Origin: a virus
Taxonomy: Duplodnaviria; Caudoviricetes
Strand: one strand, 5' to 3'
DNA length: 36,760 bases
Virus record (IMG/VR): IMGVR_UViG_3300017911_000379
Coordinates: 1 to 36,760 of that record
Shown: positions 27,141 to 35,816 of the stretch, piece by piece
Position numbering within the stretch: position 1 is the first letter of the stretch
Layout of the letters: the number at the start of each line of letters is the position of its first letter
Translations under genes and position numbers: made by a program
The notes under the pieces: generated by a model
The model's database searches: none
What the model was told of the DNA's origin: nothing
The model's input: the letters and a program-made list of their open reading frames with translations, nothing else

Positions 27141-28028
27141 ATGGCAACAACTACTACATATAACCTCGAAAAGCCAACGGTAGGCGGCTCTGAAAACACT
27201 TGGGGTTCAGACATCAATGACAACCTAGACAAGATTGATGACTTGCTAGATGGAACCGAAGCGGTTGACGGCATAGATATTAATGGCGGCTCCATCGATG
27301 GCACGCCTATCGGTGCAGCAACAGCATCAACAGGTGCGTTCACTACAGTATCTGCTTCAGGTGATATCACAGGTAATGTAAAAGGTGACATAAAGGCTAC
27401 AGACGGCACAGTAGTGTTAAACAATGGCACAGATGGCACAGATGCTACGTTTACTGGTGCTGTAACAGGCAACGCTTCAACTGCTACTACAACGGCAACG
27501 CCACGAGCATTTAGCGTGTCAGGGGATGTAGCAACCTCAGCTGGCGTAGACTTCAATGGCTCAGGTGCAGTTGATTTAGCTGTTACAATTACAAACACTT
27601 TGTGGGACAAAATATATCCTGTAGGTAGTATTTACACTACAACAAATGGCACATTCGACCCAAACACTTCTTTTTATGGCACATGGGTAGTTTATGCAGC
27701 AGGTAAAGTTTTAGTAGGTCAGGATACAGGCGACACTGACTTTGACACTATCAACGAATCAGGCGGTGCAAAAACGCACACATTGACTGTCGATGAAATG
27801 CCTGAGCATAAGCATGGGTCTAACCTTCGTCTTGAAGGTGCGGCAAACGGAAACATTCTTATTGACAATAGCCTGTATTACGACACTGGCGTTGGTGGTA
27901 GAGAAATAGACGAATTGTCAGAAACTAACGATGGCGACTCAACCTACACAATGAACGAAGGTGGCGGTCAGGCGCACAACAACTTGCAGCCGTATACCGT
28001 AGTAAAATATTGGCGCAGAACAGGTTAA
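27141..28028 (+). CDS. Short tail fibre / collar-domain structural protein
   Basis: N-terminal LEKPTVGGSENTWGSDINDNL. C-terminal IYPVGSIY...GGAKTHTLTVDEMPEH...HNNLQPY (T4 gp10 / collar-like). Confidence 0.7.
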   Translation: MATTTTYNLEKPTVGGSENTWGSDINDNLDKIDDLLDGTEAVDGIDINGGSIDGTPIGAATASTGAFTTVSASGDITGNVKGDIKATDGTVVLNNGTDGTDATFTGAVTGNASTATTTATPRAFSVSGDVATSAGVDFNGSGAVDLAVTITNTLWDKIYPVGSIYTTTNGTFDPNTSFYGTWVVYAAGKVLVGQDTGDTDFDTINESGGAKTHTLTVDEMPEHKHGSNLRLEGAANGNILIDNSLYYDTGVGGREIDELSETNDGDSTYTMNEGGGQAHNNLQPYTVVKYWRRTG

Positions 28029-28047
28029 TTAACTAAGAGGCAAAACA

Positions 28048-28320
28048 ATGGCAAATCCATTTAAAGGGTCACGAGTAGAGCTACACGGCATGGTCTACGA
28101 TATGGTCCCAGTAACACCAAATGACAGCACGGACAACGTAGGCACTGGCAACATTGCTGTTGGCTTGTACGTGACTAACGCAGGCGATGTCGCTTTTGAA
28201 AACAAAGACGGCACTGTTCGCACAGTTACTGTACCTGACAACTTCTATCTTGTGTGTTCCGTTAAGCGCGTTAAGTCTACGAACACAACTGCATCTGGTA
28301 TTCACGCACTGGTGGTGTAA
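28048..28320 (+). CDS. Head-spike base protein (RcGTA Rcc01079-like)
   Basis: 90 aa, VTPNDSTD...GLYVTNAGDV...VKRVKSTNTTASGIHAL pattern. Confidence 0.7.
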   Translation: MANPFKGSRVELHGMVYDMVPVTPNDSTDNVGTGNIAVGLYVTNAGDVAFENKDGTVRTVTVPDNFYLVCSVKRVKSTNTTASGIHALVV

Positions 28321-29664
28321 ATGTTAAATTTAGGCGTATCAACACAAAGGCTTTCTGCGAAAGCAGGGTCAGGCTTTACTCCGAAAAAACTGTTTGATAA
28401 TGGTGAAGAAGGGTTTTGGTACGACATAAGTGACATACGGACCCTCAAAGAAAACAGTGACGGCACAGTAGATGTTACTAGTTACGGACAGAGCGTAGGA
28501 TACATAGCCGATAAGTCTGGCAATGGAAACCATGCTAGACAGTCAACATCTGGCACAAGAAAGCCTAAATATGCAAGACACCCAGCAGGTGGTATTCGCA
28601 ACCTATTAACACAAACTGAAAACTTTACTGACAGTGCGTGGACAGGTTACTTCCAAAAGCCAACTCTTACTACTGGGCAGACAGACCCTTTAGGCGGCAA
28701 CACTGCAATGAAGTGGAGCGCACCCACGACAACAGGCGGCTCTAACAGCAACACAGGTGGTCTAATACTTCCAGACAGTGATGGCGTAATTGAGGACAAC
28801 ACTAACTACACTGTATCAGTTTATCTAAAAGCATCTGCTAATGTTTCAGTTTCTATAGGCTTAACTGATGGCGCGATGACTGGCGTTAACGTGACAACAA
28901 GCTGGCAAAGGTTTTCTACCACAGTGCAAAACAACCCTGCTGGTTCGAACAGACTTTTTCAAGTTACTGAGCAAACTAACGATAGCGTTGATATTTTTGT
29001 TTGGGGCGCACAAACAGAAAAAAGCAATGAAGCTACGCCATATCAAAAAGTTACAACTGAGTACGATGTAACTGAAGCAGGTCAGCCAGACTTGTACTAT
29101 CTAAAGTTTGACGGCACAGATGACGGCTTTCAAATAGATTCATTTACCGCAGCTGCACAAGGCACTAGCGCATTTTTTGGATATTCAGCAAACAATGTTA
29201 CAGCAAACAATTACAGAGTTTTGCTTGATATAGAAACTGGTAGGCTGATATTTTCTAGTCGTACTGACAGTCAAAGTGAAATAGGTTACTACGATGGCGC
29301 ATGGAATGACATTGCTGATGATGGCGATATAAAAGTGCTATCGTTCAACTTACAGACAAGCAATGGCGTTATGCGTGAAAATGGTACTGTGTTAGTAACA
29401 GACACAACTTATGTAGAAAAAGCATTAGATGGCACAAAAACAATAGGTATGCATCACGATACATCAAATAACAACTTTGATGGCAATTTGTACCAAGTCG
29501 TACTACGCAGCACAGAGTGTAACGACAGGGACCTAGAGGCAACAGAAAAATTTGTAGCTACTAAAACTGGCGTATCATCGCGTGTAAGAGGGCTTGCTAC
29601 ATTAGACCTAAACTTTGGTGCTAACACTTACTTAGCCACAAACAGTAATGGAGTATCAATGTGA
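28321..29664 (+). CDS. Head-spike fibre 1 (carbohydrate-binding / LamG-like domains)
   Basis: Starts immediately after the base gene with MLNLGVS..AGSG. Motifs DKSGNGNHARQ, RNLLTQTENF, WGAQTE and LKFDGTDD. Confidence 0.65.
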   Translation: MLNLGVSTQRLSAKAGSGFTPKKLFDNGEEGFWYDISDIRTLKENSDGTVDVTSYGQSVGYIADKSGNGNHARQSTSGTRKPKYARHPAGGIRNLLTQTENFTDSAWTGYFQKPTLTTGQTDPLGGNTAMKWSAPTTTGGSNSNTGGLILPDSDGVIEDNTNYTVSVYLKASANVSVSIGLTDGAMTGVNVTTSWQRFSTTVQNNPAGSNRLFQVTEQTNDSVDIFVWGAQTEKSNEATPYQKVTTEYDVTEAGQPDLYYLKFDGTDDGFQIDSFTAAAQGTSAFFGYSANNVTANNYRVLLDIETGRLIFSSRTDSQSEIGYYDGAWNDIADDGDIKVLSFNLQTSNGVMRENGTVLVTDTTYVEKALDGTKTIGMHHDTSNNNFDGNLYQVVLRSTECNDRDLEATEKFVATKTGVSSRVRGLATLDLNFGANTYLATNSNGVSM

Positions 29665-31394
29665 GCACATTAACCGAAATTGTAGACTTCAGTAGAACTG
29701 CAGCTGCTTACTATTTAGACAGTGTGGCTTATGGCGAAGAATTAATTATTAATGGTGATTTTAAAGACGGCACTAATAACTGGACAGCTGCACACGTTGG
29801 CGATGATGGCGGTCTAAGCATTAATGGCGATTACCTAAGAGTAACTGATGATGGTAGCGTAGACGCAAGCCCTGACAACAGATACTCAGGTAGAGCCTAT
29901 CAACAAGTACAACTGGAAGTAGGCGCACGATATATTGTTACAGGTACAACTAGAGCAAGCAGCACAGCAATTACAAGGATTTCTGCATCAACTAGCGCAA
30001 GCATTGCTCATAATATTAAATTAGATTCTGGCTCAAGTGTTAGTGATGATGTTGATTTGCAATTCGTGTTTAAAGCAACACAACAAAACACTTTCATCAT
30101 ACTTTACTTGAATGGCACAAATGCTAACCATGCAGAATTTAAAAACATTAGCTGCAAAAAAATTATAGAAGGGCAAGCAGGTGGTAAACCGTTGATGCTG
30201 CAAGCTCCATCAAACACGCCTAGATTAGAATACGATGCACAAGGCAATCCATTAGGCTTGTTAATAGAAGAGCAAAGACAAAATATGTTTGAGCGCTCTA
30301 TAGAATTTAACAACGCTTACTGGACTAAAGATGACACTATTACAACAGGAAGGGAGATTGTTGCACCAGCAGGTAATAGAAATGCACAGCTGATAACATC
30401 ACAAAGCGCTGAAAATGGTGGCATTACGCGGTCTATTACAACTGTTCAAGGCACTGTATATTGCGTAAGTTTTTTTGCTAAATACAATAATAACCAGTGG
30501 TTTAGGATAACTGCTGATGGCAGAAGCCAGTGGTACGATATAGTCAATGGTAAGTTGGGGTCAGCAGCAAAAGCTGATGCCGCTTATGATGACCCTGTAC
30601 ACGTTGGTATAGATGATTATGGAAATGGCTGGTACAGATGTTATATTGCAGTAGATGCGTTAGGAACTAGTTTTTTTAATTCAGTGGTGCAGTCAGCAGG
30701 TGATGGAAACACAGCAGAAACTAATGGCGGTAAAACCTACCTCTGGGGCGCACAGATGGAAGTAGGCGAGTTTCCTACATCATTTATATTTACATCTGCT
30801 AGCGCAGCAACAAGAACGTCAGACATCGCTAAAATACCTACAGAAAGATTTTATTTAGACCAGAACAACGGAACTTTTATTGCTGAGTTTCAGGGCAGAT
30901 ACGAGACATACGATGTACGTTATCAGAGAGTCTACGAGCTAGGCAATGTAAACTCTACTGTGCATAGATTAACTTCAATTGTAAGAACTAGCGATGGTCA
31001 TGTCGTTTCGCAAATATATCAAGATAATACAGGTGGTAACACGCTAGAAGCGCTAGGAACACAGGAAGTGCTGCCTAACAACTTTCCACATCAAAAAGTT
31101 GCACAGACCTACAAGAAAAACCATCACCAGACAGCAGGTAATGGCATGGCATCAGGCATAGATACAACTGTTGCTATGAGCGCTACACGCGACCTATTAT
31201 CTTTAATGCAAAACTATAGCGGTGATGGTGGCAACACAAAGTTAAATGGGCACATCAAGCGCATTAGATATATACCAAAATTATTCACTGCAGCTGAGCT
31301 TGAGCTGGTAACAACGCCAAGCACAACACCTAACCTAAGTTTAACCTTTGATGGACAATCAAACAGTGTATTAACAGAGGGCTTACATGACTAA
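29661..31394 (+). CDS. Head-spike fibre 2 (Rcc01080-like with an inserted CBM-like domain)
   Basis: FSRTAAAYYLD, GEELIINGDF, PRLEYD..GLLIEEQRQN, WGAQMEVGEFPTSFI and LNGHIKRIRY. GGAG RBS with GTG start. Confidence 0.65.
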   Translation: MSTLTEIVDFSRTAAAYYLDSVAYGEELIINGDFKDGTNNWTAAHVGDDGGLSINGDYLRVTDDGSVDASPDNRYSGRAYQQVQLEVGARYIVTGTTRASSTAITRISASTSASIAHNIKLDSGSSVSDDVDLQFVFKATQQNTFIILYLNGTNANHAEFKNISCKKIIEGQAGGKPLMLQAPSNTPRLEYDAQGNPLGLLIEEQRQNMFERSIEFNNAYWTKDDTITTGREIVAPAGNRNAQLITSQSAENGGITRSITTVQGTVYCVSFFAKYNNNQWFRITADGRSQWYDIVNGKLGSAAKADAAYDDPVHVGIDDYGNGWYRCYIAVDALGTSFFNSVVQSAGDGNTAETNGGKTYLWGAQMEVGEFPTSFIFTSASAATRTSDIAKIPTERFYLDQNNGTFIAEFQGRYETYDVRYQRVYELGNVNSTVHRLTSIVRTSDGHVVSQIYQDNTGGNTLEALGTQEVLPNNFPHQKVAQTYKKNHHQTAGNGMASGIDTTVAMSATRDLLSLMQNYSGDGGNTKLNGHIKRIRYIPKLFTAAELELVTTPSTTPNLSLTFDGQSNSVLTEGLHD

Positions 31395-33036
31395 GAGAAT
31401 ACAGAAAAGCGGTAAGGCAACTGACTTAATAACTTTTACAAGGTCATCTACAGGTACATATTTAGACAGTGTTGTTTATGGCGAAGAGCTAGTGAGCAAT
31501 GGCGATTTTGACGCTTCATCTGGGACACAAGGGTGGATTTTGTCAGCAGAAAATGCAAGCATGGCTGAAATTGATGGTGAGTTACATATCACTAATTCAG
31601 AAGGAAGCGGCAAAGGTGCGTCACACGCATTTAGCACTGAAATTGGCAAAAAGTATAGGCTTACTGCTACAGCTAGAAAAGTAACAGGAAGCCAAGCATA
31701 TTTAGTAGCAACTACAAATCCTAATAATTTTGCTAATAGTTTAGGATATGACGTTACAGATTCTACACAAAATATAACTTTGAATGTTGAGTTTGTTGCA
31801 ACAGGCACAACTTCATATGTTTATTTAAGGTCAGACGCTGTAGGAGTTACTGTATTCGACCAAGTTTCTGCAAAAGAAATTATAGGCAATCAAGGCAAAG
31901 AAGGTGAGTTTCTGTTGCGTACAGCAGCAATTCACGAGCCACGAATAGACTATAACGCTGATAAAACTGTCAAAGGATTGTTAATAGAGGGCTATAGGAC
32001 TAACAGAGTAACTAGCAGCGATTATGCAGATTCATCACAAAGAACAACCTCTGGCAACGGCACATTTGCTGTATTAAATGAAAACAAGCTAGGTGTCTTT
32101 AATGGATTTGAAGTAGCTAGCGGTGGTCAATCATGGCATAGGGTAAATAAATATGTCAGCGTTACTAGCGGCACAGTATATGCTGTATCTTTCTATTATC
32201 GTTATGGCACATCAGGTAAAGGTAGATTTGAGTGCAGAGTTGATGGTAATTCCTCTACAATAGTTATTAATCAATCAACTGGCTCTACAGGAACTGGTTC
32301 AAGTGCAGGCGGCACTATGGAATTTCTGAGTGACGAGGCATTTGGTGATATTAGAAAGCTGACTTGCAGATGGACACCTAATGCAACAAGCACGACAGCT
32401 ACAGTTGGTATTGCAACAAATTCAAATGTGGAAGGCGAAACTATAATTGCATACGCGGTACAGTTAGAGGACGGTTTGATTGCGTCATCATACATACCAA
32501 CTACGACTGCTATGGTATTTAGAGGCTCAGAGGTCGCTAAAATACCAACTCTTGATGATTTTACGCATAGTAAAGTGCAAGGCACTACTATAGTTGAGCT
32601 TGATTATAGTGCTTGGAAAAACTTTGCTTCATTTGCTAGAGCATACTCTTGGGGACATAGCGGCTCTACCAATATACTCAATGATGTATACCACAATGGT
32701 AATCCTGCTACAGGCGAAATAAGATATAGGGCAGATAATGCTTCAGGCAACTCACAGATAGGTCCTAATAATATAGTAGGTAGTGAAAACTATACTACAG
32801 GTAAGGTTGCATTCGCTTTAAAAGACAACGACATGGCAGTTGCATGGAATGGCACTTTAGTTGCTACAGACTCGGCTGGACAACCAGCACTAGATTTAGT
32901 CGAAGCCTTGTACATAGGCGCACAATACAGAGAGGACAATGATACACTTGGTGATTTTGGGTACGCACATATCAAGTCAATTAAATACTATCCAGTTAGG
33001 TTAACTAACGAACAAATGAAGGCACTCACACTATGA
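31387..33036 (+). CDS. Head-spike fibre 3 (paralogue of fibre 2)
   Basis: DLITFTRSSTGTYLD, GEELVSNGDF, PRIDY..GLLIEGYRTN, QLEDGLIASSYIPT and HIKSIKYYPVRLT. Confidence 0.65.
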   Translation: MTKRIQKSGKATDLITFTRSSTGTYLDSVVYGEELVSNGDFDASSGTQGWILSAENASMAEIDGELHITNSEGSGKGASHAFSTEIGKKYRLTATARKVTGSQAYLVATTNPNNFANSLGYDVTDSTQNITLNVEFVATGTTSYVYLRSDAVGVTVFDQVSAKEIIGNQGKEGEFLLRTAAIHEPRIDYNADKTVKGLLIEGYRTNRVTSSDYADSSQRTTSGNGTFAVLNENKLGVFNGFEVASGGQSWHRVNKYVSVTSGTVYAVSFYYRYGTSGKGRFECRVDGNSSTIVINQSTGSTGTGSSAGGTMEFLSDEAFGDIRKLTCRWTPNATSTTATVGIATNSNVEGETIIAYAVQLEDGLIASSYIPTTTAMVFRGSEVAKIPTLDDFTHSKVQGTTIVELDYSAWKNFASFARAYSWGHSGSTNILNDVYHNGNPATGEIRYRADNASGNSQIGPNNIVGSENYTTGKVAFALKDNDMAVAWNGTLVATDSAGQPALDLVEALYIGAQYREDNDTLGDFGYAHIKSIKYYPVRLTNEQMKALTL

Positions 33037-33371
33037 TACATTATTTAAAGTTTACAGATGAGGCTGCAATGCAAACTGCGTTAAGCGCCTATTACTATGA
33101 AGATGAAGCTGGTAATACAGTTTTGATGACTGGTGATGGAGCCTACAGCATTGACGTAGTAGGTTTAGTCTATCAGCCTACTGGCGAAACGCTTACTGAT
33201 GAGTATGGCAACGAGTACCCAGAAACTGAAGCTGTTGATGGTTGGCACGTTAATTGGCTAGGCGATTTACCAGAGTCGTTGAACGCTAATGTAATAGATG
33301 CACCTGCTACACCAGCGTGTGTTTTTGCAGGACACGAAGTTGTTGCAGAATCGGAGTCTGAGGAAACCTAA
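33033..33371 (+). CDS. Fibre-associated acidic protein
   Basis: YLKFTDEAA...IDVVG...GWHVN...PATPACVFAG, a family that typically follows such fibres. Confidence 0.55.
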   Translation: MIHYLKFTDEAAMQTALSAYYYEDEAGNTVLMTGDGAYSIDVVGLVYQPTGETLTDEYGNEYPETEAVDGWHVNWLGDLPESLNANVIDAPATPACVFAGHEVVAESESEET

Positions 33372-33372
33372 T

Positions 33373-33579
33373 ATGGACGGCAACAGAGAGGCATTGCTGA
33401 AGTTAGAAGCGCATGAGAGAGAATGCGCTGCAAGAATGGAAAACATACAAGACAAGCTAGCAGTAGTAGATAAGCGTCTTGATATGGGTATGGACAAGTT
33501 TAAAAACATCGAGCGCTTGTTGTGGCTTTTGTATCCACTGATTTTAGGGCTGGACATCATTGGGCAAAAACTTATTTAA
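33373..33579 (+). CDS. Small coiled-coil protein with a C-terminal TM helix (XhlA / holin-like)
   Basis: LEAHERECAARMENI...LLWLLYPLILGL. Start set at ATG 33373 with an AGGA RBS. Confidence 0.55.
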   Translation: MDGNREALLKLEAHERECAARMENIQDKLAVVDKRLDMGMDKFKNIERLLWLLYPLILGLDIIGQKLI

Positions 33580-34198
33580 AGCTGCACTGTTATTAATATC
33601 TAGTTTAGCATTAGGCACAGAGCAAGAAGGCAGCCTAAACACTAACAACGAAAACAGCACAGTGAATAGCAACAATGTTACTACTGATGAGAGCACAACT
33701 AATACTTATCAGGGCGCTGGCGCAGCATCTAAAATACCAGTTGGTTCAGCCATTAGCCCTAGTATGCAATCGTCAGGCATGGAGACGTGTTTAAAGGCAG
33801 CAGGGAGCTCCATACAGACAGTTGGCTTTGGTTGGTCTAGTGGTAAGTATGTATTAGACAAAGACTGTACACGTAGACGTGACGCAGCTCTGTTAGACAA
33901 GTTTAATATGAAGGTGGCAGCCATCAGTATGATGTGTCAGTCAGTAGATGTTTGGAAAGCCATGTTTTCTGCTGGTACACCATGTCCAGTAACAATAGGT
34001 GGCAAGCTAGTAGCAGGTAGACGCAGCTATTTGGTAATGATGCAGAACCCAGAGTTACACATACCTGATTATGGACCAGATACAGAAGATTACTACAACA
34101 CAATGTTAAACATAGGGGCGGAGCAGACAGATGAAGAAAGCGATAATAGGAGCATTAGCGATATGTTCCGTAGCAGCAAACAGCGACCAGCTAACTGA
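33560..34198 (+). CDS. Secreted Cys-containing hypothetical protein
   Basis: Signal-like KAALLLISSLALG, an N/T/S-rich linker, and four Cys (ETC, KDC, MMCQ, TPCP). Confidence 0.6.
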   Translation: MGKNLFKAALLLISSLALGTEQEGSLNTNNENSTVNSNNVTTDESTTNTYQGAGAASKIPVGSAISPSMQSSGMETCLKAAGSSIQTVGFGWSSGKYVLDKDCTRRRDAALLDKFNMKVAAISMMCQSVDVWKAMFSAGTPCPVTIGGKLVAGRRSYLVMMQNPELHIPDYGPDTEDYYNTMLNIGAEQTDEESDNRSISDMFRSSKQRPAN

Positions 34199-34973
34199 TT
34201 TAGTTAACACATCTAACGCGATAGTTGACCAGATTGACCGTGGCATCATGCTTGTAGGTGCTGCAACAGAATACGCATACGCAGGCGATGGCATGTCTGA
34301 CGGCACGCTATCCACATCTGCCCACATCTCTGCGCAGCAAGTTACAGCTTATAACAACGCACTATCTAACTTTAGCACGTATCTGCCCTATGGTAGTGTT
34401 GAGGCTGCATTACAGCAAGCAGCTGCAACAGAGCTAGAGCTTATGGAAGATAGCGTAGAAGTGTTTACAACTGCTGTTATTGAGATGAGCACGACTATAC
34501 AAGTAGCTGAGATGGCTGAAGAAAGCGTTGGCAACCCAGCTGAAGAAGAGCAGGTGCAAGAATTTGTCGCACAGAACGAAGAAGTGCTAATGATATCTCA
34601 GGATACAGTGGATTCGTACAATGACAGTATGGATTCTATCGAGGAGCACGCAAATAAGGCTGCAGGTTACATTGCCGTGGCTGCAAATGAGGATGCTGTA
34701 GCATTTTTAGAGCAAGGAGCAGTGAATAACAACGCTGTAGCGGAAGAAGCGACCATAACTTACAGTGCAGAGCAGCAATGGGTGTCTATGAAGTGGGCAA
34801 ACACGAATAATGCGACTGCTGTATACCTGAATGGACAGAATTTTGGCTTAGATATGTATGTAGACCAAGAAACAGTGCTATATGCAGGTGCTGATTCAGA
34901 GTTTTACCTTACTGGACCAACTGCGTCAGGTTATGACTGCTTTATGTATGAAATAGGATGTAGTTTTGATTGA
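34131..34973 (+). CDS. Secreted, extremely acidic hypothetical protein
   Basis: Signal-like MKKAIIGALAICSVAANS. Only about 5 K/R in 280 aa. Confidence 0.6.
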   Translation: MKKAIIGALAICSVAANSDQLTDLVNTSNAIVDQIDRGIMLVGAATEYAYAGDGMSDGTLSTSAHISAQQVTAYNNALSNFSTYLPYGSVEAALQQAAATELELMEDSVEVFTTAVIEMSTTIQVAEMAEESVGNPAEEEQVQEFVAQNEEVLMISQDTVDSYNDSMDSIEEHANKAAGYIAVAANEDAVAFLEQGAVNNNAVAEEATITYSAEQQWVSMKWANTNNATAVYLNGQNFGLDMYVDQETVLYAGADSEFYLTGPTASGYDCFMYEIGCSFD

Positions 34974-35442
34974 TAATGCAGAGCTAAAGATTGGCAACAC
35001 GTCATTTAAAGGTGTTTGGATTGGCATAGTGTTAGCAATTGGTACATCAATTGGCGGTACCGTCTGGACTGCATCTAGTTTATACTCAAGGCTAGAGGCA
35101 GTTGAAGCTGTAAGCATACCTGATATAGAGCCTGTAACTGAAAGAGTCACGCTAATTGAGCAAAGATTAGAGGACAACGATGTAGGGCAATTAAAGGGTA
35201 AATTAGCAGCTTTAGGCACTAACCTTGAAACTATATTAGAGCAGCAAGAAAAGCTGTTAGAACTGAAATCTGACGTTTCTAGCCTAGAAAAAGAAATAGA
35301 GGCTATGAGAAGCACTGTAAAGCAAGCAGAGTTAGTCAGTAATAGCTTAGGTGACGTTAGTGAACGAATTAAAAAAGTCAATTTAGAAATTAATAATTTG
35401 TGGGATGGGCTCGACTACGTAACGAGCAATCCATTGAGGTGA
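34966..35442 (+). CDS. Membrane-anchored coiled-coil protein
   Basis: TM segment VWIGIVLAIGTSIGGTVW followed by long heptad repeats. Confidence 0.6.
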   Translation: MIDNAELKIGNTSFKGVWIGIVLAIGTSIGGTVWTASSLYSRLEAVEAVSIPDIEPVTERVTLIEQRLEDNDVGQLKGKLAALGTNLETILEQQEKLLELKSDVSSLEKEIEAMRSTVKQAELVSNSLGDVSERIKKVNLEINNLWDGLDYVTSNPLR

Positions 35443-35444
35443 GC

Positions 35445-35816
35445 ATGATACAGCAGTTAATTGGTCCAGTATCAGGGCTGTTAGACAAGTTTATCCAAGA
35501 CAAGGACGAGAAAGCACGGCTAGCACATGACATTGCTACTATGTCAGAAAAGCACGCGCAGCAGATTGCTCTTGCACAAATAGAAGTAAACAAAGCTGAG
35601 GCAAAAGGCAACTGGTTCCAGTCATCATGGCGCCCTGCTACTGCGTGGGTGTGTGTTGCTGGGTTTGCAGTTAACTTTTTAATTAGCCCATTGGCTGCGC
35701 CATTTGGAATCACAGTGCCGCAAGCAGATACGGCTACTATGCTACCTGTATTAATGGGTATGCTAGGGCTAGGTGGTTTGCGCTCATTGGAAAGAGTAAA
35801 AGGGGTTGGCAAGTAA
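35445..35816 (+). CDS. 3TM-type holin
   Basis: LIGPVSGLLDKFIQDKD, QIEVNKAEA, SSWRPATAWVC and MLGLGGLRSLER. Start set at ATG 35445 with a GAGGT RBS. Confidence 0.8.
   Translation: MIQQLIGPVSGLLDKFIQDKDEKARLAHDIATMSEKHAQQIALAQIEVNKAEAKGNWFQSSWRPATAWVCVAGFAVNFLISPLAAPFGITVPQADTATMLPVLMGMLGLGGLRSLERVKGVGK

Noticed and set aside
29640-29670. Programmed frameshift fusing the head fibres
   Set aside because: No slippery heptamer, the shared open window is only a few codons, and each downstream ORF has its own RBS. Not fully excluded
28321-33036. Diversity-generating retroelement acting on the fibres
   Set aside because: No reverse transcriptase, and no template/variable repeat pair differing at adenines
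34131-34190. Lipoprotein (o-spanin) signal at LAIC
   Set aside because: Ile at -1 does not fit the lipobox consensus, and the protein is much larger and more acidic than typical o-spanins
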